DNA of 64,000 bases, taken from assembly GCA_025059875.1 (NCBI GenBank), contig JANXCT010000003.1, positions 4,176 through 68,175 of the forward strand. The letters are read 5' to 3'. This DNA is from Candidatus Kapaibacterium sp. (lineage in GTDB: Bacteria; Bacteroidota; Ignavibacteria; Kapaibacteriales; HRBIN21). This document shows positions 20,229 through 30,396 of this stretch, in pieces (positions within the stretch are counted from its first letter, which is position 1; each line of letters opens with the position of its first letter). The position numbers and the translations under genes were made by a program. The notes under the pieces are model-generated. The model saw only the letters and a list, made by a program, of their open reading frames with translations. It did no database searches and was not told where the DNA came from.

Positions 20229-21237
20229 GTTGCTGACACCGGAAACGGTGCTCGCACTGCGCCCTACAGCACCTGAAGTCTTCTTCAGTCGCTACCTACC
20301 GGACGACCCGCGCCTCGGGGAACTCGTCCTCCGCGGTATCCCAACGGAGGCGCAGCGCCTCGATGCTGTCTTCCTCGGTATCCCCCAGGACCTCGGCGTC
20401 ATCCAGAACGCTGGACGCCCCGGCGCTGCAGAGGCGCCCGCTGCGATTCGCTCAGCCTTCTACCGGCTGACCCCCGACACTGGGACGTCGGCTGGGCTAG
20501 ACCAGCTCAGCATAGCTGACCTCGGCGACATTGACCCAACGGACAAGTCGCTGGAGGAGCTCCATGCTCTACAGGAGCGCTGCATCTCGGAGCTCCTCAT
20601 TCACGCCCCGTGTGTCATTGTCCTCGGCGGAGGACACGATATCGCCTACCCTAACGCAGCCGCGCTCCTCCGGCACTCCCCTTGTGGCATCCTCGTCTTC
20701 GACGCCCACCCCGACGTGCGACCGCGCATTGACGGCAAACCGCATTCCGGCTCTGCCTTCCGCCAACTGCTGGAAGAGCTCCGCTTTCCAGCGGAGCGCT
20801 TAGCCTACATCGGCCTCCAGCCCTACGCTATTGCCCGCGAGCACCGGGAGTACCTCCAGCAGCGAGGGGCACATCTCTGCTTCCTCCCAGAACTCCTCCG
20901 GCGAGGGATGGCGTCGGTCTTACCGGAGCTGTTCGCCGCCATCTCCGATGGCGGCCAACTTCCTGTCTACGTCTCCATCGACATGGACGCCATCCCTGCG
21001 GCATTTGCCCCTGGAGTGAGCGCGCCAGCTACCATCGGTATTCCGCCAGAGCAGCTCTTGTGGGCAGCCCATTTCTTGGGCTCCTCTCCGAACGTCCGCC
21101 TCCTGGACATCGCCGAGCTCAACCCGCGATACGACCTAGACCATCGGACAGCCCGTCTAGCAGCCCTCATCCTGGCAACGTTCCTCGCAGGGCTACTCCA
21201 ACGGCCCCAGAGCTCTGCATCTACGGAGAACTCCTAA
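20227..21237 (+). CDS. Arginase-family hydrolase (formimidoylglutamase/agmatinase-like)
   Basis: 'VFDAHPDVRP' and 'SIDMDAIPAAFAPGVSAP' are arginase-fold Mn-binding motifs. The start was placed at the internal Met; this ATG overlaps the recJ start codon on the opposite strand by 2 nt. Confidence 0.75.
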   Translation: MLLTPETVLALRPTAPEVFFSRYLPDDPRLGELVLRGIPTEAQRLDAVFLGIPQDLGVIQNAGRPGAAEAPAAIRSAFYRLTPDTGTSAGLDQLSIADLGDIDPTDKSLEELHALQERCISELLIHAPCVIVLGGGHDIAYPNAAALLRHSPCGILVFDAHPDVRPRIDGKPHSGSAFRQLLEELRFPAERLAYIGLQPYAIAREHREYLQQRGAHLCFLPELLRRGMASVLPELFAAISDGGQLPVYVSIDMDAIPAAFAPGVSAPATIGIPPEQLLWAAHFLGSSPNVRLLDIAELNPRYDLDHRTARLAALILATFLAGLLQRPQSSASTENS

Positions 21238-21270
21238 TTTGGTGCTTCGCACATCGCTCGGGAGAGTGCC

Positions 21271-23274
21271 ATGGTTCGCCTGACGGCCACATACAGTAGG
21301 GTTGCACTCTGGAGCTTATTTGGTAGCGCCCTCCTTTTGGCAGCCTGCCAGCGTGGCGCCCGTTCAGACCAGGAGTTGGAACGACTGGCAGCGAAGACTC
21401 AGAACACCTCTCTCTGGAAGCAGTACGACACCCCTGTGGGTGCCGACTCTACTGTCCCTGCTGAACTGGGAGGTCCAGGGTTTGAACGGATTGCGGATTC
21501 CCTTGGGTTCCGAACGTACGTTCCAACCCCAGAGGAGCTGCCTTTCTTCGGCGACCCTAGGGCGAAGACTGGCGGGAAGATTCGCATCGTCGTGACCCGC
21601 TTCCCACTCAACTTCCGGCCGTATGGGCAGCACTCCAACTACGTGGAGAACTCTATCATCGCCTCACTGGTCTACGAAACCCTGCTGGGTCTCCACCCGC
21701 TCACGCGGGAATTCGTCCCCGCATTAGCCTCGCACTGGAAAATCCTGCCCGACCGCAAGACGTTCCTCTACCGGATTGACCCGAATGCCCGCTTCTCCGA
21801 TGGCAAGCCCGTGACCGCTGAGGACGTTGTGGCTACGTGGCGCCTAGTAATGGACGAGACGATTCTAGAGCCCTCGCTCCAGCTCGTCTTCGGCAAGTTC
21901 GAGGAACCCCGAGCGCTCAGTAAGTACCTGGTAGAAGTGCGCAGCAAGACCCTGAATTGGCGCAACTTCCTCTACTTCTCTGCTGCGCTCCCAATTCTCC
22001 CTGCCCACGTCATTGGGAACATGACGGGCAAGGAGTTCTTAGAGCGCTTCCAGTACGAGATTCCGCCTGGTTCCGGAGAGTACATCCTGCTGCCGGAGGA
22101 CGTCCAGAAGGGCAGATCCTATGCCTTGACGCGCCGCAGCGACTACTGGGCTAAGGACTACCCAACGGCTCGCTACGTTGGGAACTTCGACCGCATTGAG
22201 TTCGAGGTCGTCAAGGACAACCCGTTGCTGGCGTACGAGATGTTCAAGAAGGGAGACAGCGACTTCTTCATTTTCGGCGCTCTCACGACCGAGCATTGGG
22301 TCAAGGACACAGCCTACGAAGCGCTCCAGAAAGGCTGGATCCAGAAGCGGCGTGTCTACACCGACGGTCCCGTTGGTACCATAGGCATCGCCTTCAACAT
22401 GCGCAAGCCCCCGTTCGATGACATTCGCGTGCGCAAAGCCTTTGCCTACCTGCTCAACCGAGAGGCCCTCATCCGGGAGTTGCTCTACGACGAGTACGAG
22501 CCTATGGACTCCTACTACGCCAACACGGTCTACGAAAACCCTAACAACCCCAAGGTGCGCTACAACCCAGAGCTGGCACAGCAGCTCTTGGCCGAAGCTG
22601 GCTGGAAGACTCGTAACGCCGAAGGGATTCTGGTCAAAGACGGGAAGCCCTTCGTTGTGGAGATGGGCATCCCCAAGGCGATCGAGCGTTTCATCACTCC
22701 CTACCAGCAGGAGCTCCGCAAGGCCGGCATAGACCTGCAGCTGAAGTTCCAAGACCCCAATACGCTCTGGCGCAACGCGATGGAGCGGAACTTCTCCCTC
22801 TTCTTCGTGAGCTGGACAGGACTCCAGACCCCGAATCCAGAGACCTCGCTACGCTCAGAGCTGGCCGACAAGAACGACAACAACAACATCGAAGGGTTCA
22901 AGAACCTCCGCGTAGACCAGCTTTGCGACATGTACGACACTGCTTTCTCACGCGAGGCACAAATCCGCATCATCCGCGAGATCGACAGCATCACGATGGC
23001 ATCGTACAAGAACGTGCTCATGTGGTACCCTCGCGGCATCCGGATTGCGTACTGGAACAAGTTCGGAATGCCCGAGTATGTCCTACCACGCTTCACACAG
23101 ATAGGCTACGTCGAGCTGGCCATCATCAGCACATGGTGGTACGACCCCGAGAAAGCACAGCGGTTAGCGGAAGCTCGCCGCACAGGTGGAACGCTCGCCC
23201 GCGAGCCTGTCGAGGTGCGGTACTGGAAGGAGTTTGACGAGCAGCGCCTCCTGGCGCAAGTTCGACCACGCTGA
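21271..23274 (+). CDS. ABC transporter substrate-binding lipoprotein (peptide/nickel family 5, YejA-like size)
   Basis: Lipobox 'LLAAC' and a 667-aa SBP_bac_5 architecture. Confidence 0.85.
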   Translation: MVRLTATYSRVALWSLFGSALLLAACQRGARSDQELERLAAKTQNTSLWKQYDTPVGADSTVPAELGGPGFERIADSLGFRTYVPTPEELPFFGDPRAKTGGKIRIVVTRFPLNFRPYGQHSNYVENSIIASLVYETLLGLHPLTREFVPALASHWKILPDRKTFLYRIDPNARFSDGKPVTAEDVVATWRLVMDETILEPSLQLVFGKFEEPRALSKYLVEVRSKTLNWRNFLYFSAALPILPAHVIGNMTGKEFLERFQYEIPPGSGEYILLPEDVQKGRSYALTRRSDYWAKDYPTARYVGNFDRIEFEVVKDNPLLAYEMFKKGDSDFFIFGALTTEHWVKDTAYEALQKGWIQKRRVYTDGPVGTIGIAFNMRKPPFDDIRVRKAFAYLLNREALIRELLYDEYEPMDSYYANTVYENPNNPKVRYNPELAQQLLAEAGWKTRNAEGILVKDGKPFVVEMGIPKAIERFITPYQQELRKAGIDLQLKFQDPNTLWRNAMERNFSLFFVSWTGLQTPNPETSLRSELADKNDNNNIEGFKNLRVDQLCDMYDTAFSREAQIRIIREIDSITMASYKNVLMWYPRGIRIAYWNKFGMPEYVLPRFTQIGYVELAIISTWWYDPEKAQRLAEARRTGGTLAREPVEVRYWKEFDEQRLLAQVRPR

Positions 23275-23283
23275 GCGGCTTCC

Positions 23284-24525
23284 ATGTGGGAGTACTTCCT
23301 TCGCCGCTTACTGCTGACGATCCCTACCTTCCTAGGAGCCACACTCGTTGTGTTTGTCATCATCCAGCTAGCACCTGGAGGCCCCTTAGAACAGCAGATT
23401 ATGGCGCTCCGTATGGCCATGGGTGGGGAAGCCGCCGCTGGGGGCGTTGCAGGGCAGACTGGCGCAATGATCCCCGAGAGCGCACTCCAAGAGCTCCGAC
23501 GGTACTACGGCTTCGATAAGCCGATCCTCATCCGTTACCTGACTTGGCTGGGGCTCTGGCCGCGGGAGCTGGAGAGCTACATCGCCACCCCAGGGCGAAT
23601 CCGCAACATCGGCGGTGGTCAGCAGGTGCTGGTGGAGAAGACTCCCGAAGGCTACCGCCTCATTGACCCGTCAACAGGCAACCCGCTGACGGGCTGGCAT
23701 GTTGAACCGCAGCCGAGCGAACGTGGCGAGGAGCGTGTCCGCATCTACCGCACGGGATTCAGCGGTATCCTCACAGGAGACTTCGGCAAGTCGTACACCT
23801 ACAACGAACCCGTGCTGCAGCTCATCCTCCAGCGCCTACCCGTCTCGTTGCAGTTCGGGCTCATTGGCTTCATCCTGAGCTACTCCATCTGCATCTACCT
23901 CGGCATCCAGAAGGCCCTGTCGCACGGTACGCCGTTTGATTTGGTCTCCAGCACCCTGGTCTTCATCGGCTACTCCATTCCTGGATGGGCGCTTGGGGCC
24001 TTCCTGCTGATGCTCTTCGGCACCCAGTCCTTCGTAGAGCTCTTCCCTTTGGGCGGCTTCCAATCGGAGTACTACGAGCAGCTATCGCTGCTGGAGAAAA
24101 TCTTGGACCGTGCATGGCATTTCGTCCTGCCAACAATCGCCTACACCGTCGGCAGCTTCGCTTCGTTGACCGTGCTCATGAAGAACTCGCTCCTGGAAAA
24201 CCTGAGCCAAGACTACATCCGGACCGCGTTCGCCAAGGGGCTCTCAGAGAAGCGCGTCATCTGGCTCCACGCCCTCCGCAATTCCATCATCCCGATTACT
24301 GCCAACATCGGCTACATCATCGGGCTGTTCCTGGCAGGCTCGTACCTCATCGAGCTCGTCTTCAACATTGACGGCGTTGGGAAGCTCTCCATAGAGGCTG
24401 TCTTCGCCCGCGACTACCCAATCGTCTTCGGGTTTACCGTTCTGGCCGTGCTCGTACGGCTCTTTGGGGCCATCCTCTCCGACTTAGCGCTGGCACTAGT
24501 TGACCCACGCATCCGCTTCAAGTAA
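23284..24525 (+). CDS. ABC transporter permease (OppB/YejB-like)
   Basis: N-terminal 'LRRLLLTIPTFLGATLVVFVIIQLAPGGP' and a BPD_transp_1 core. Confidence 0.85.
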   Translation: MWEYFLRRLLLTIPTFLGATLVVFVIIQLAPGGPLEQQIMALRMAMGGEAAAGGVAGQTGAMIPESALQELRRYYGFDKPILIRYLTWLGLWPRELESYIATPGRIRNIGGGQQVLVEKTPEGYRLIDPSTGNPLTGWHVEPQPSERGEERVRIYRTGFSGILTGDFGKSYTYNEPVLQLILQRLPVSLQFGLIGFILSYSICIYLGIQKALSHGTPFDLVSSTLVFIGYSIPGWALGAFLLMLFGTQSFVELFPLGGFQSEYYEQLSLLEKILDRAWHFVLPTIAYTVGSFASLTVLMKNSLLENLSQDYIRTAFAKGLSEKRVIWLHALRNSIIPITANIGYIIGLFLAGSYLIELVFNIDGVGKLSIEAVFARDYPIVFGFTVLAVLVRLFGAILSDLALALVDPRIRFK

Positions 24526-25695
24526 GTGATGGCAGTCCCTCTGGAACAGCAAGAAGCCCAGCAATCAGAGCTCGCCGAACGGTCTGCCCAGTCTTTGAGC
24601 ATCTACCAGCGTCGCTGGCGGAAGTTCCGGAGCCTGAAGCGGGGCTACTACTCCTTGCTGATCCTGACGGGAGCCTATGTCCTCTCGTTCTTCCTGCCGC
24701 TGCTCGTCAACAACAAAGCCTTGGCTGTCCGCTATGAGGGACGCTGGTACTTCCCAGCGGTCGAGTCGTGGCTGAACTCGCTCCCCCTCATCGGAGGGCT
24801 CTTCAGTTCTGGGTTCTACAGTGGCGAATCCCTTGGGCAACGCGGGAACCCTGGAGAGTGCAACTACCGACTCCTCCAGCGCCAGTACGAACGGGAAGGG
24901 GGCCGCAACCTCGTCATCCTGCCACCCTACCCCTACAGCCCGATCGAGGACGTGACCGTAGAGGGGAACATGGCCTTCCTGGCGCCGTTGGAGCAGGATC
25001 CGACGGGCTCCGTGCGCCTTCTGGGGACTGATGACCGAGGACGTGACGTCTTTGCACGGATGGCGTACGGGTTCCAAATCTCCCTCTCGTTCGCGCTCCT
25101 GCTGGCACTGCTGGAGTACCTCATCGGCGTGCCGATTGGAGCCGCCTTGGGCTTCTTCGGTGGCCGGTTCGACATCCTGGCCCAGCGACTCATAGAGATT
25201 TGGGCAACAGTGCCGTTCCTCTTCCTGGTCATCATCGTCGCCTCCATCGTGCGCCCGAACTTCATCCTCCTCTTGCTGCTGCTGGCACTCTTCACATGGA
25301 TCGGGATCACCGTGCTCATCCGCGCAGAGTTCTACCGTGAGAAGGCCAAGGACTACGTTGCCGCAGCTATTGCTATTGGTGTCCCACGCTGGAAGGTCAT
25401 GTTCAAACACATCCTCCCAAACTCGCTCGTGCCCATCATCACGTACTTCCCCTTCTCCGTCGTTGCCGGTATCGGCGCTCTGGTCAGCCTGGACTTCTTA
25501 GGGTTTGGGCTACCGCCGCCGACGCCGAGCTGGGGAGAGATGATGAGCGTTGGACTCCAACACTTGGCGACGGGCAAGTGGTGGCTGATGCTCTCGCCCA
25601 TGACAGCACTCTTCCTGACGCTGACGCTCATCGTCTTCATCGGCGAATCCGTCCGCGAGGCCTTTGACCCGAGGACCTTCTCACGCTTGCGGTGA
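24526..25695 (+). CDS. ABC transporter permease (OppC/YejE-like, with a long N-terminal extension)
   Basis: BPD transport domain with an EAA loop. The start is immediately adjacent to the preceding stop. Confidence 0.85.
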   Translation: MMAVPLEQQEAQQSELAERSAQSLSIYQRRWRKFRSLKRGYYSLLILTGAYVLSFFLPLLVNNKALAVRYEGRWYFPAVESWLNSLPLIGGLFSSGFYSGESLGQRGNPGECNYRLLQRQYEREGGRNLVILPPYPYSPIEDVTVEGNMAFLAPLEQDPTGSVRLLGTDDRGRDVFARMAYGFQISLSFALLLALLEYLIGVPIGAALGFFGGRFDILAQRLIEIWATVPFLFLVIIVASIVRPNFILLLLLLALFTWIGITVLIRAEFYREKAKDYVAAAIAIGVPRWKVMFKHILPNSLVPIITYFPFSVVAGIGALVSLDFLGFGLPPPTPSWGEMMSVGLQHLATGKWWLMLSPMTALFLTLTLIVFIGESVREAFDPRTFSRLR

Positions 25696-25698
25696 GGA

Positions 25699-26715
25699 GT
25701 GATGGCGGAGAAGTCACCGCTGCTACGGATTCGCAACCTGCGTACCTACTTCCGGATTGAGGAGCAGTGGGCAAAGGCGGTGGATGGCGTCTCGCTGGAC
25801 ATCTTCCCTGGCGAAGTCCTCGGACTCGTGGGGGAATCGGGCTCGGGAAAGTCTGTGACAGCGCTCTCCATCCTCCGGCTCATCCCGGACCCGCCTGGGC
25901 GCATTGTGGACGGAGAAATCTGGCTCAACGGCACCAACCTGCTGGCCCTACCGCTGGAGGAGATGTACCGAATCCGCGGCGGCAGGATTGCGATGATCTT
26001 CCAAGAGCCCATGACCTCGCTTAACCCTGTCTTCACCATTGGCATGCAGGTCACGGAGACCATCCTGGCGCACGAGCGTGTGAGCGAAGCCGAGGCGCGG
26101 GCCCGCGCGATAGAGCTCCTCCGCCGCGTTGGAATCCCTGATGCCGAGAAGCGGCTCAATGACTACCCCCACCAGTTCTCTGGTGGGATGCGGCAACGCG
26201 TCATGATCGCCATGGCGCTGGCCTGCAACCCAGAGCTGCTGATTGCCGATGAACCGACCACGGCGCTGGACGTGACAATCCAGGCGCAGATCCTGGAGCT
26301 CATGCTCGAGCTCCAAGCACAGCGCGGCAACGGGGCCATCCTCTTCATCACGCACGACCTGGCCGTGGTGGCGCAGATCTGCCAGCGCGTCGCCGTCATG
26401 TATGGGGGCAAAATCCAAGAGATGGCGCCCACCGAGGAACTCTTCCTCAACCCGCTCCATCCCTACACGCGCGGACTCCTCGAGTGCATTCCCCGCCCGA
26501 CAGCTCCAGGGCAGAAACGTCGCCGGCTCTACGCTATCCCTGGCAACGTGCCGAGCATCCTGCAGCTCCCACAGGGCTGCAAGTTCTGCACTCGCTGTCC
26601 CGTCAAGCTGGACATCTGCGACACGGTGGAGCCGCCTCTGGTAGAGGTTGCCCCCAACCACTTCGTGCGCTGCCATCTGGTCTCACCGATGGAGGGAGGG
26701 CTCCGGTATGAGTGA
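25699..26715 (+). CDS. ABC transporter ATP-binding protein (OppD-like)
   Basis: Walker A 'GESGSGKS', signature 'FSGGMRQRV', and a C-terminal oligopeptide-ATPase extension with a Cys cluster. Confidence 0.9.
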   Translation: MMAEKSPLLRIRNLRTYFRIEEQWAKAVDGVSLDIFPGEVLGLVGESGSGKSVTALSILRLIPDPPGRIVDGEIWLNGTNLLALPLEEMYRIRGGRIAMIFQEPMTSLNPVFTIGMQVTETILAHERVSEAEARARAIELLRRVGIPDAEKRLNDYPHQFSGGMRQRVMIAMALACNPELLIADEPTTALDVTIQAQILELMLELQAQRGNGAILFITHDLAVVAQICQRVAVMYGGKIQEMAPTEELFLNPLHPYTRGLLECIPRPTAPGQKRRRLYAIPGNVPSILQLPQGCKFCTRCPVKLDICDTVEPPLVEVAPNHFVRCHLVSPMEGGLRYE

Positions 26716-27739
26716 GCTCCTGCTGCGGGTAGACGACCTGCGGGTCCACTTCCCCGTCTACGGTGGCGTGCTCCAGCGCATCGTCGGCTGGCTTCCCGCC
26801 GTCGATGGAGTGAGCTTCTCCATCCACCGTGGTGAGACGTTGGGGCTCGTTGGAGAGTCCGGCTCGGGGAAGACCACCGTCGGGCGGGCTATCGTGGGGA
26901 TTATTCCCTTCTCCTCCCCTGATGCCCGCATCAGCGGCCATGCGTGGCTCCACCCATCGGGAGAACTAGAGCCGGTAGACCTCCTCCAGCTCTTCTCCCG
27001 TCACCGCCGCAACGGCTACCCACAGCGGCTTCGGCTCCGCTACCGACGCCACGTCCAGATGGTGTTCCAGGACCCCTTCTCCTCGCTCAATCCTCGGCTG
27101 TCGGTTGGGCAGATTGTGGCCGAGCCTTTGGAGGTTCACTTCCCCGAGCTGTCGCGGGCCGAAATCCAGGAGAAAGTTGTCTGGCTGCTGGAGAAGGTAG
27201 GGCTGCAGCCCGAAGACCGCATGCGGTACCCCCACGAATTCTCCGGCGGCCAGCGCCAGCGCATTGGCCTGGCCCGAGCCCTCGCCACGCGTCCGGACCT
27301 GGTCATCTGCGATGAGCCGGTCTCCGCACTGGACGTCTCCATCCAGGCGCAGGTCATCAACCTCATGGAGGACCTGCAGGAGGAGTTTGGGATGGCCTAC
27401 CTCTTCATCGCGCACGACCTCTCGGTGGTGCACCACATCAGCGACCGCATCGCCGTCATGTACCTGGGGCACATCGTGGAGATCGGCTCCGCCGACACGA
27501 TCTACTTCAGCCCTCGGCATCCGTACACGAAAGCGCTCATCTCCGCTGTCCCCATTGCTGACCCACGACAGAAGCGGGAGCGCATCGTCCTCCGAGGCGA
27601 AATCCCCTCGCTGCTCCGCAAGCCACCCGGCTGTCCCTTCCACCCCCGCTGCCCAATTGCCCAGCTAGAGTGCACGCAGCAGATGCCTGCGCTAGAGGAG
27701 AAGGAGCCCGGCCACTGGGTGGCGTGCCCGTACGCTTAG
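26708..27739 (+). CDS. ABC transporter ATP-binding protein (OppF-like)
   Basis: Walker A 'GESGSGKT' and 'FSGGQRQRIGLARAL'. The start was placed at the internal Met '[10 protein letters not shown]', overlapping the upstream stop. Confidence 0.9.
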   Translation: MSELLLRVDDLRVHFPVYGGVLQRIVGWLPAVDGVSFSIHRGETLGLVGESGSGKTTVGRAIVGIIPFSSPDARISGHAWLHPSGELEPVDLLQLFSRHRRNGYPQRLRLRYRRHVQMVFQDPFSSLNPRLSVGQIVAEPLEVHFPELSRAEIQEKVVWLLEKVGLQPEDRMRYPHEFSGGQRQRIGLARALATRPDLVICDEPVSALDVSIQAQVINLMEDLQEEFGMAYLFIAHDLSVVHHISDRIAVMYLGHIVEIGSADTIYFSPRHPYTKALISAVPIADPRQKRERIVLRGEIPSLLRKPPGCPFHPRCPIAQLECTQQMPALEEKEPGHWVACPYA

Positions 27740-28335
27740 CGGTAGAAGCGACTGAAGGCCGCAGCCACAAGCTGTCGATAGCGCCACGCGTAGACGGCAA
27801 GAGTCCAGAGTGCCAGGAGTGTTACCACCAGGAAGAAGCCCCAGACGCCATCGCTAGTCAGCATCCGCTCGGCGAACTCAGCATGAGGCTGCCGACCGTC
27901 CCGCCAGAGGGCAACCAAGAAGACTACGACAACGAGCCCTCCTAGTTGCACGAAGGTCTTGGCCTGCGCTGCCGGTAGCGTCCGCAGCAGCTCTCCCTGC
28001 TGGATGGCATGCCAGCGCAAAAGCGTCGTAGTGATGTCCCGCGCCACCAAGATGGCCACCATCCACGCTGGCGCAATCCCCAGCCAGCCCAGCGGCAACA
28101 GGACCGAGAGTGCCAGTACCTTGTCCGCCAGCGGGTCCAGGAATGCTCCTTCAGGAGTGCTCTGCGCGTATCGACGAGCAATCCAGCCGTCAACCCCGTC
28201 AGTGAGAGCTGCAATGGCAAACAGAAAGGCTCCCAGCCACACCACCCACGCCTGCTCCACCCCCAGACATACCCCCACAAACGGCGCCAGCACCAGGCGC
28301 GTCAACGTCAGTATGTTGGGGATGTTCAGCACCAT
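27736..28335 (-). CDS. pgsA: CDP-diacylglycerol--glycerol-3-phosphate 3-phosphatidyltransferase
   Basis: 'PNILTLTRLVLAPF' followed by 'DGVDGWIARR...DPLADKVL', the CDP-alcohol phosphatidyltransferase motif. Confidence 0.85.
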   Translation of the reverse strand: MVLNIPNILTLTRLVLAPFVGVCLGVEQAWVVWLGAFLFAIAALTDGVDGWIARRYAQSTPEGAFLDPLADKVLALSVLLPLGWLGIAPAWMVAILVARDITTTLLRWHAIQQGELLRTLPAAQAKTFVQLGGLVVVVFLVALWRDGRQPHAEFAERMLTSDGVWGFFLVVTLLALWTLAVYAWRYRQLVAAAFSRFYR

Positions 28336-29093
28336 GCCCGCCGAATCGCCGAGCGGACGATTGCACAGAACTCCTCAGCTCGCAGCGATGCTGTACCCAC
28401 CAGAACCCCAGCAACTTCGGGAATGCCGAGGATGGACTCCGCGTTGCCGGCGTGGACGCTGCCTCCGTAGAGGATAGGGACCTCCGACGGAAGGCCCTGC
28501 TGCAGTAAGGAGCGGCGCACCACTGCATGGGCTTCGGCAATCTGCTCCGGTGTCGCCGCAACCCCTGTCCCGATGGCCCACACGGGCTCGTAGGCCACCA
28601 GGAGTCCTGTCCACATCGTCGCTGGTACACGTCCCAAGACGCCGCTGAGCTGGCGTTCGATAACGGCTGCCGTCTGCCCCGAACGCCGCTCCTCTAGTGT
28701 CTCGCCGATGCAGAGGATGGGCCGCATGCCGAACTCTACTACCCGCTGTAGCTTACGGGCAAGCTGCGCGTCGCTCTCACAGGCGTAGCGGCGCCGCTCC
28801 GAGTGCCCTACGAGCACAAGCTGGCATCCCAGTTCCGCCAGCATACGAGCCGAAACCTCCCCTGTGTAAGCTCCCTCCACCTCTTCGTGGCAGTTCTGTG
28901 CCCCCCAGAGGACTGGGCTCCCTTGGAGGGCTCGAGACACCGCCTCTAGGTTCGGAAATGGCGGGCAGACGGCTACCCGTACTCGGGGGCAGCGCTCGAG
29001 CTCGTTGGCAAGCTCCCCGCGCAGACGCAGTGCCAAGCAGTGGGCCTCCGACGGTGTTGTGTGCATCTTCCAGTTCCCCACCACCCACCTCAT
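28326..29093 (-). CDS. tpiA: Triosephosphate isomerase
   Basis: 'WVVGNWKMH', 'VGHSERR' and 'AYEPVWAIGTG'. The start is at the internal Met 'MRWVVGNWKMH'; the track ORF over-extends upstream. Confidence 0.9.
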   Translation of the reverse strand: MRWVVGNWKMHTTPSEAHCLALRLRGELANELERCPRVRVAVCPPFPNLEAVSRALQGSPVLWGAQNCHEEVEGAYTGEVSARMLAELGCQLVLVGHSERRRYACESDAQLARKLQRVVEFGMRPILCIGETLEERRSGQTAAVIERQLSGVLGRVPATMWTGLLVAYEPVWAIGTGVAATPEQIAEAHAVVRRSLLQQGLPSEVPILYGGSVHAGNAESILGIPEVAGVLVGTASLRAEEFCAIVRSAIRRAWC

Positions 29094-29620
29094 TGGCGGC
29101 GCCCACGCACGCGGAAGACCCGGTACGTCTGGAGATCGTGGCTCGCCTCGAATCCAACGCCCTCGATGACCTCCCTCGGCGTTATGATAGTGACCGGTGC
29201 TGAGGAGAAGAACTGCTGCCGCTGGCGGTCCCACCACAGCTCCGTCGTCTGCAGGCTCCGCCCCTCCGGATGCGAGCGGGCAACGACCCGACCGAAAGCG
29301 GCCATGAGTCCAGAGCGCTCCTCCACACGGGCACTATCGGCCGAGAGTTCACCGACGAGCTCCCCAGAACGGAAGAAGCGGGCTTGGACGTGCCCACGCA
29401 GCACCGTCTGGTCCCGCTCCGGCAGCACCCATGCCGTGTCGGCCGTGACCTCAGCGCGTGGAGTGCCTGCCGAGTCCAGGAGCCGAACCCACACCTTGAC
29501 GGCAAGCTGTGGTGGTAGTGCCTGCAGCGACTCCTCCGGGAAGAGCTCCCCCTCCGGACGCACGCCCCCGGGGGAGCAGGAGAGCAGGAGCAATCCCATC
29601 ACGACACCCCAACCCCGCAC
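29090..29620 (-). CDS. LptC/OstA-like periplasmic lipoprotein (putative LPS-export component)
   Basis: Lipobox 'LLLSCS'. A 176-aa beta-jellyroll-like segment 'VTIITPREVIEGVGFEASHDLQTYRVFRV'. The gene is co-oriented with kdsA. Confidence 0.45.
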   Translation of the reverse strand: MRGWGVVMGLLLLSCSPGGVRPEGELFPEESLQALPPQLAVKVWVRLLDSAGTPRAEVTADTAWVLPERDQTVLRGHVQARFFRSGELVGELSADSARVEERSGLMAAFGRVVARSHPEGRSLQTTELWWDRQRQQFFSSAPVTIITPREVIEGVGFEASHDLQTYRVFRVRGRRQ

Positions 29621-30396
29621 CGCTGGGCCGCCTGCCAGAGTTCCACCACCTCCTGCAGGAATCCCTCCACCATCGCCAGCGGGAGCTGAGTCTCCGGGTC
29701 GCTCAGCGCTTGCGTCGGGTCTGGATGGGTCTCGAAGAAGATGCCGTCCACTCCGACGGTGACGGCAGCCCGAGCCAGAGCCCGAACGAACTCCCGGCGC
29801 CCGCCAGAACGCTCCCCAACATTGGGCTGCTGAACCGAATGGGTGGCATCGTAGAGCACCGGACAGCCAGTCTGCCGCAGAATCAGCAGTGAGCGGAAGT
29901 CCACCACCAGGTCACGGTAGCCAAACATCGTCCCCCGCTCGGTCAACCACACCTCGCTACCGCCCCCCAGACGGACCTTCTCCACCGCGTACGCCATGCT
30001 TTCCGGGGCCATGAACTGGCCCTTCTTCACGTTCACCGGCTTGCCCGTAGCGCCGGCGGCCATGAGGAGGTCCGTCTGGCGGCAGAGAAAGGCCGGAATC
30101 TGCAGGATGTCCACATACTGCGCCGCCAGACCTGCCTCCGCCGGCGTGTGAACATCTGTTAGCACGGGAATGCCATACGTACTGCGAATCTCGGCCAGGA
30201 ACTCCAAGGCTCGTTCGTCTCCTATGCCGGTGAAGGAGTGGGCACTCGTGCGGTTTGCTTTGCGGTAGGACGCTTTGAAGACCAGCCGCACGGGCAACTC
30301 AGCGCAGACGCGGCAGAGGTAGTCGGCGACGGTGTGGAGCAGCTCTCGGGATTCCACAACGCAAGGTCCGGCAACAATGAGCAACGCCTTCTCCAT
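29599..30396 (-). CDS. kdsA: 3-deoxy-8-phosphooctulonate (KDO8P) synthase
   Basis: 'MEKALLIVAGPCVVESRELL...VFKASYRKANRTS' aligns with KdsA N-termini. The start was chosen at MEK. Confidence 0.9.
   Translation of the reverse strand: MEKALLIVAGPCVVESRELLHTVADYLCRVCAELPVRLVFKASYRKANRTSAHSFTGIGDERALEFLAEIRSTYGIPVLTDVHTPAEAGLAAQYVDILQIPAFLCRQTDLLMAAGATGKPVNVKKGQFMAPESMAYAVEKVRLGGGSEVWLTERGTMFGYRDLVVDFRSLLILRQTGCPVLYDATHSVQQPNVGERSGGRREFVRALARAAVTVGVDGIFFETHPDPTQALSDPETQLPLAMVEGFLQEVVELWQAAQRCGVGVS

Noticed and set aside
22039-27643. Long antisense or alternative-frame ORFs (e.g. 22039-22752 minus, 24565-25410 minus, 25948-26676 minus, 26966-27643 minus)
   Set aside because: These are typical high-GC shadow ORFs that overlap well-supported ABC transporter genes. 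Their products have low-complexity composition and no recognisable motifs.
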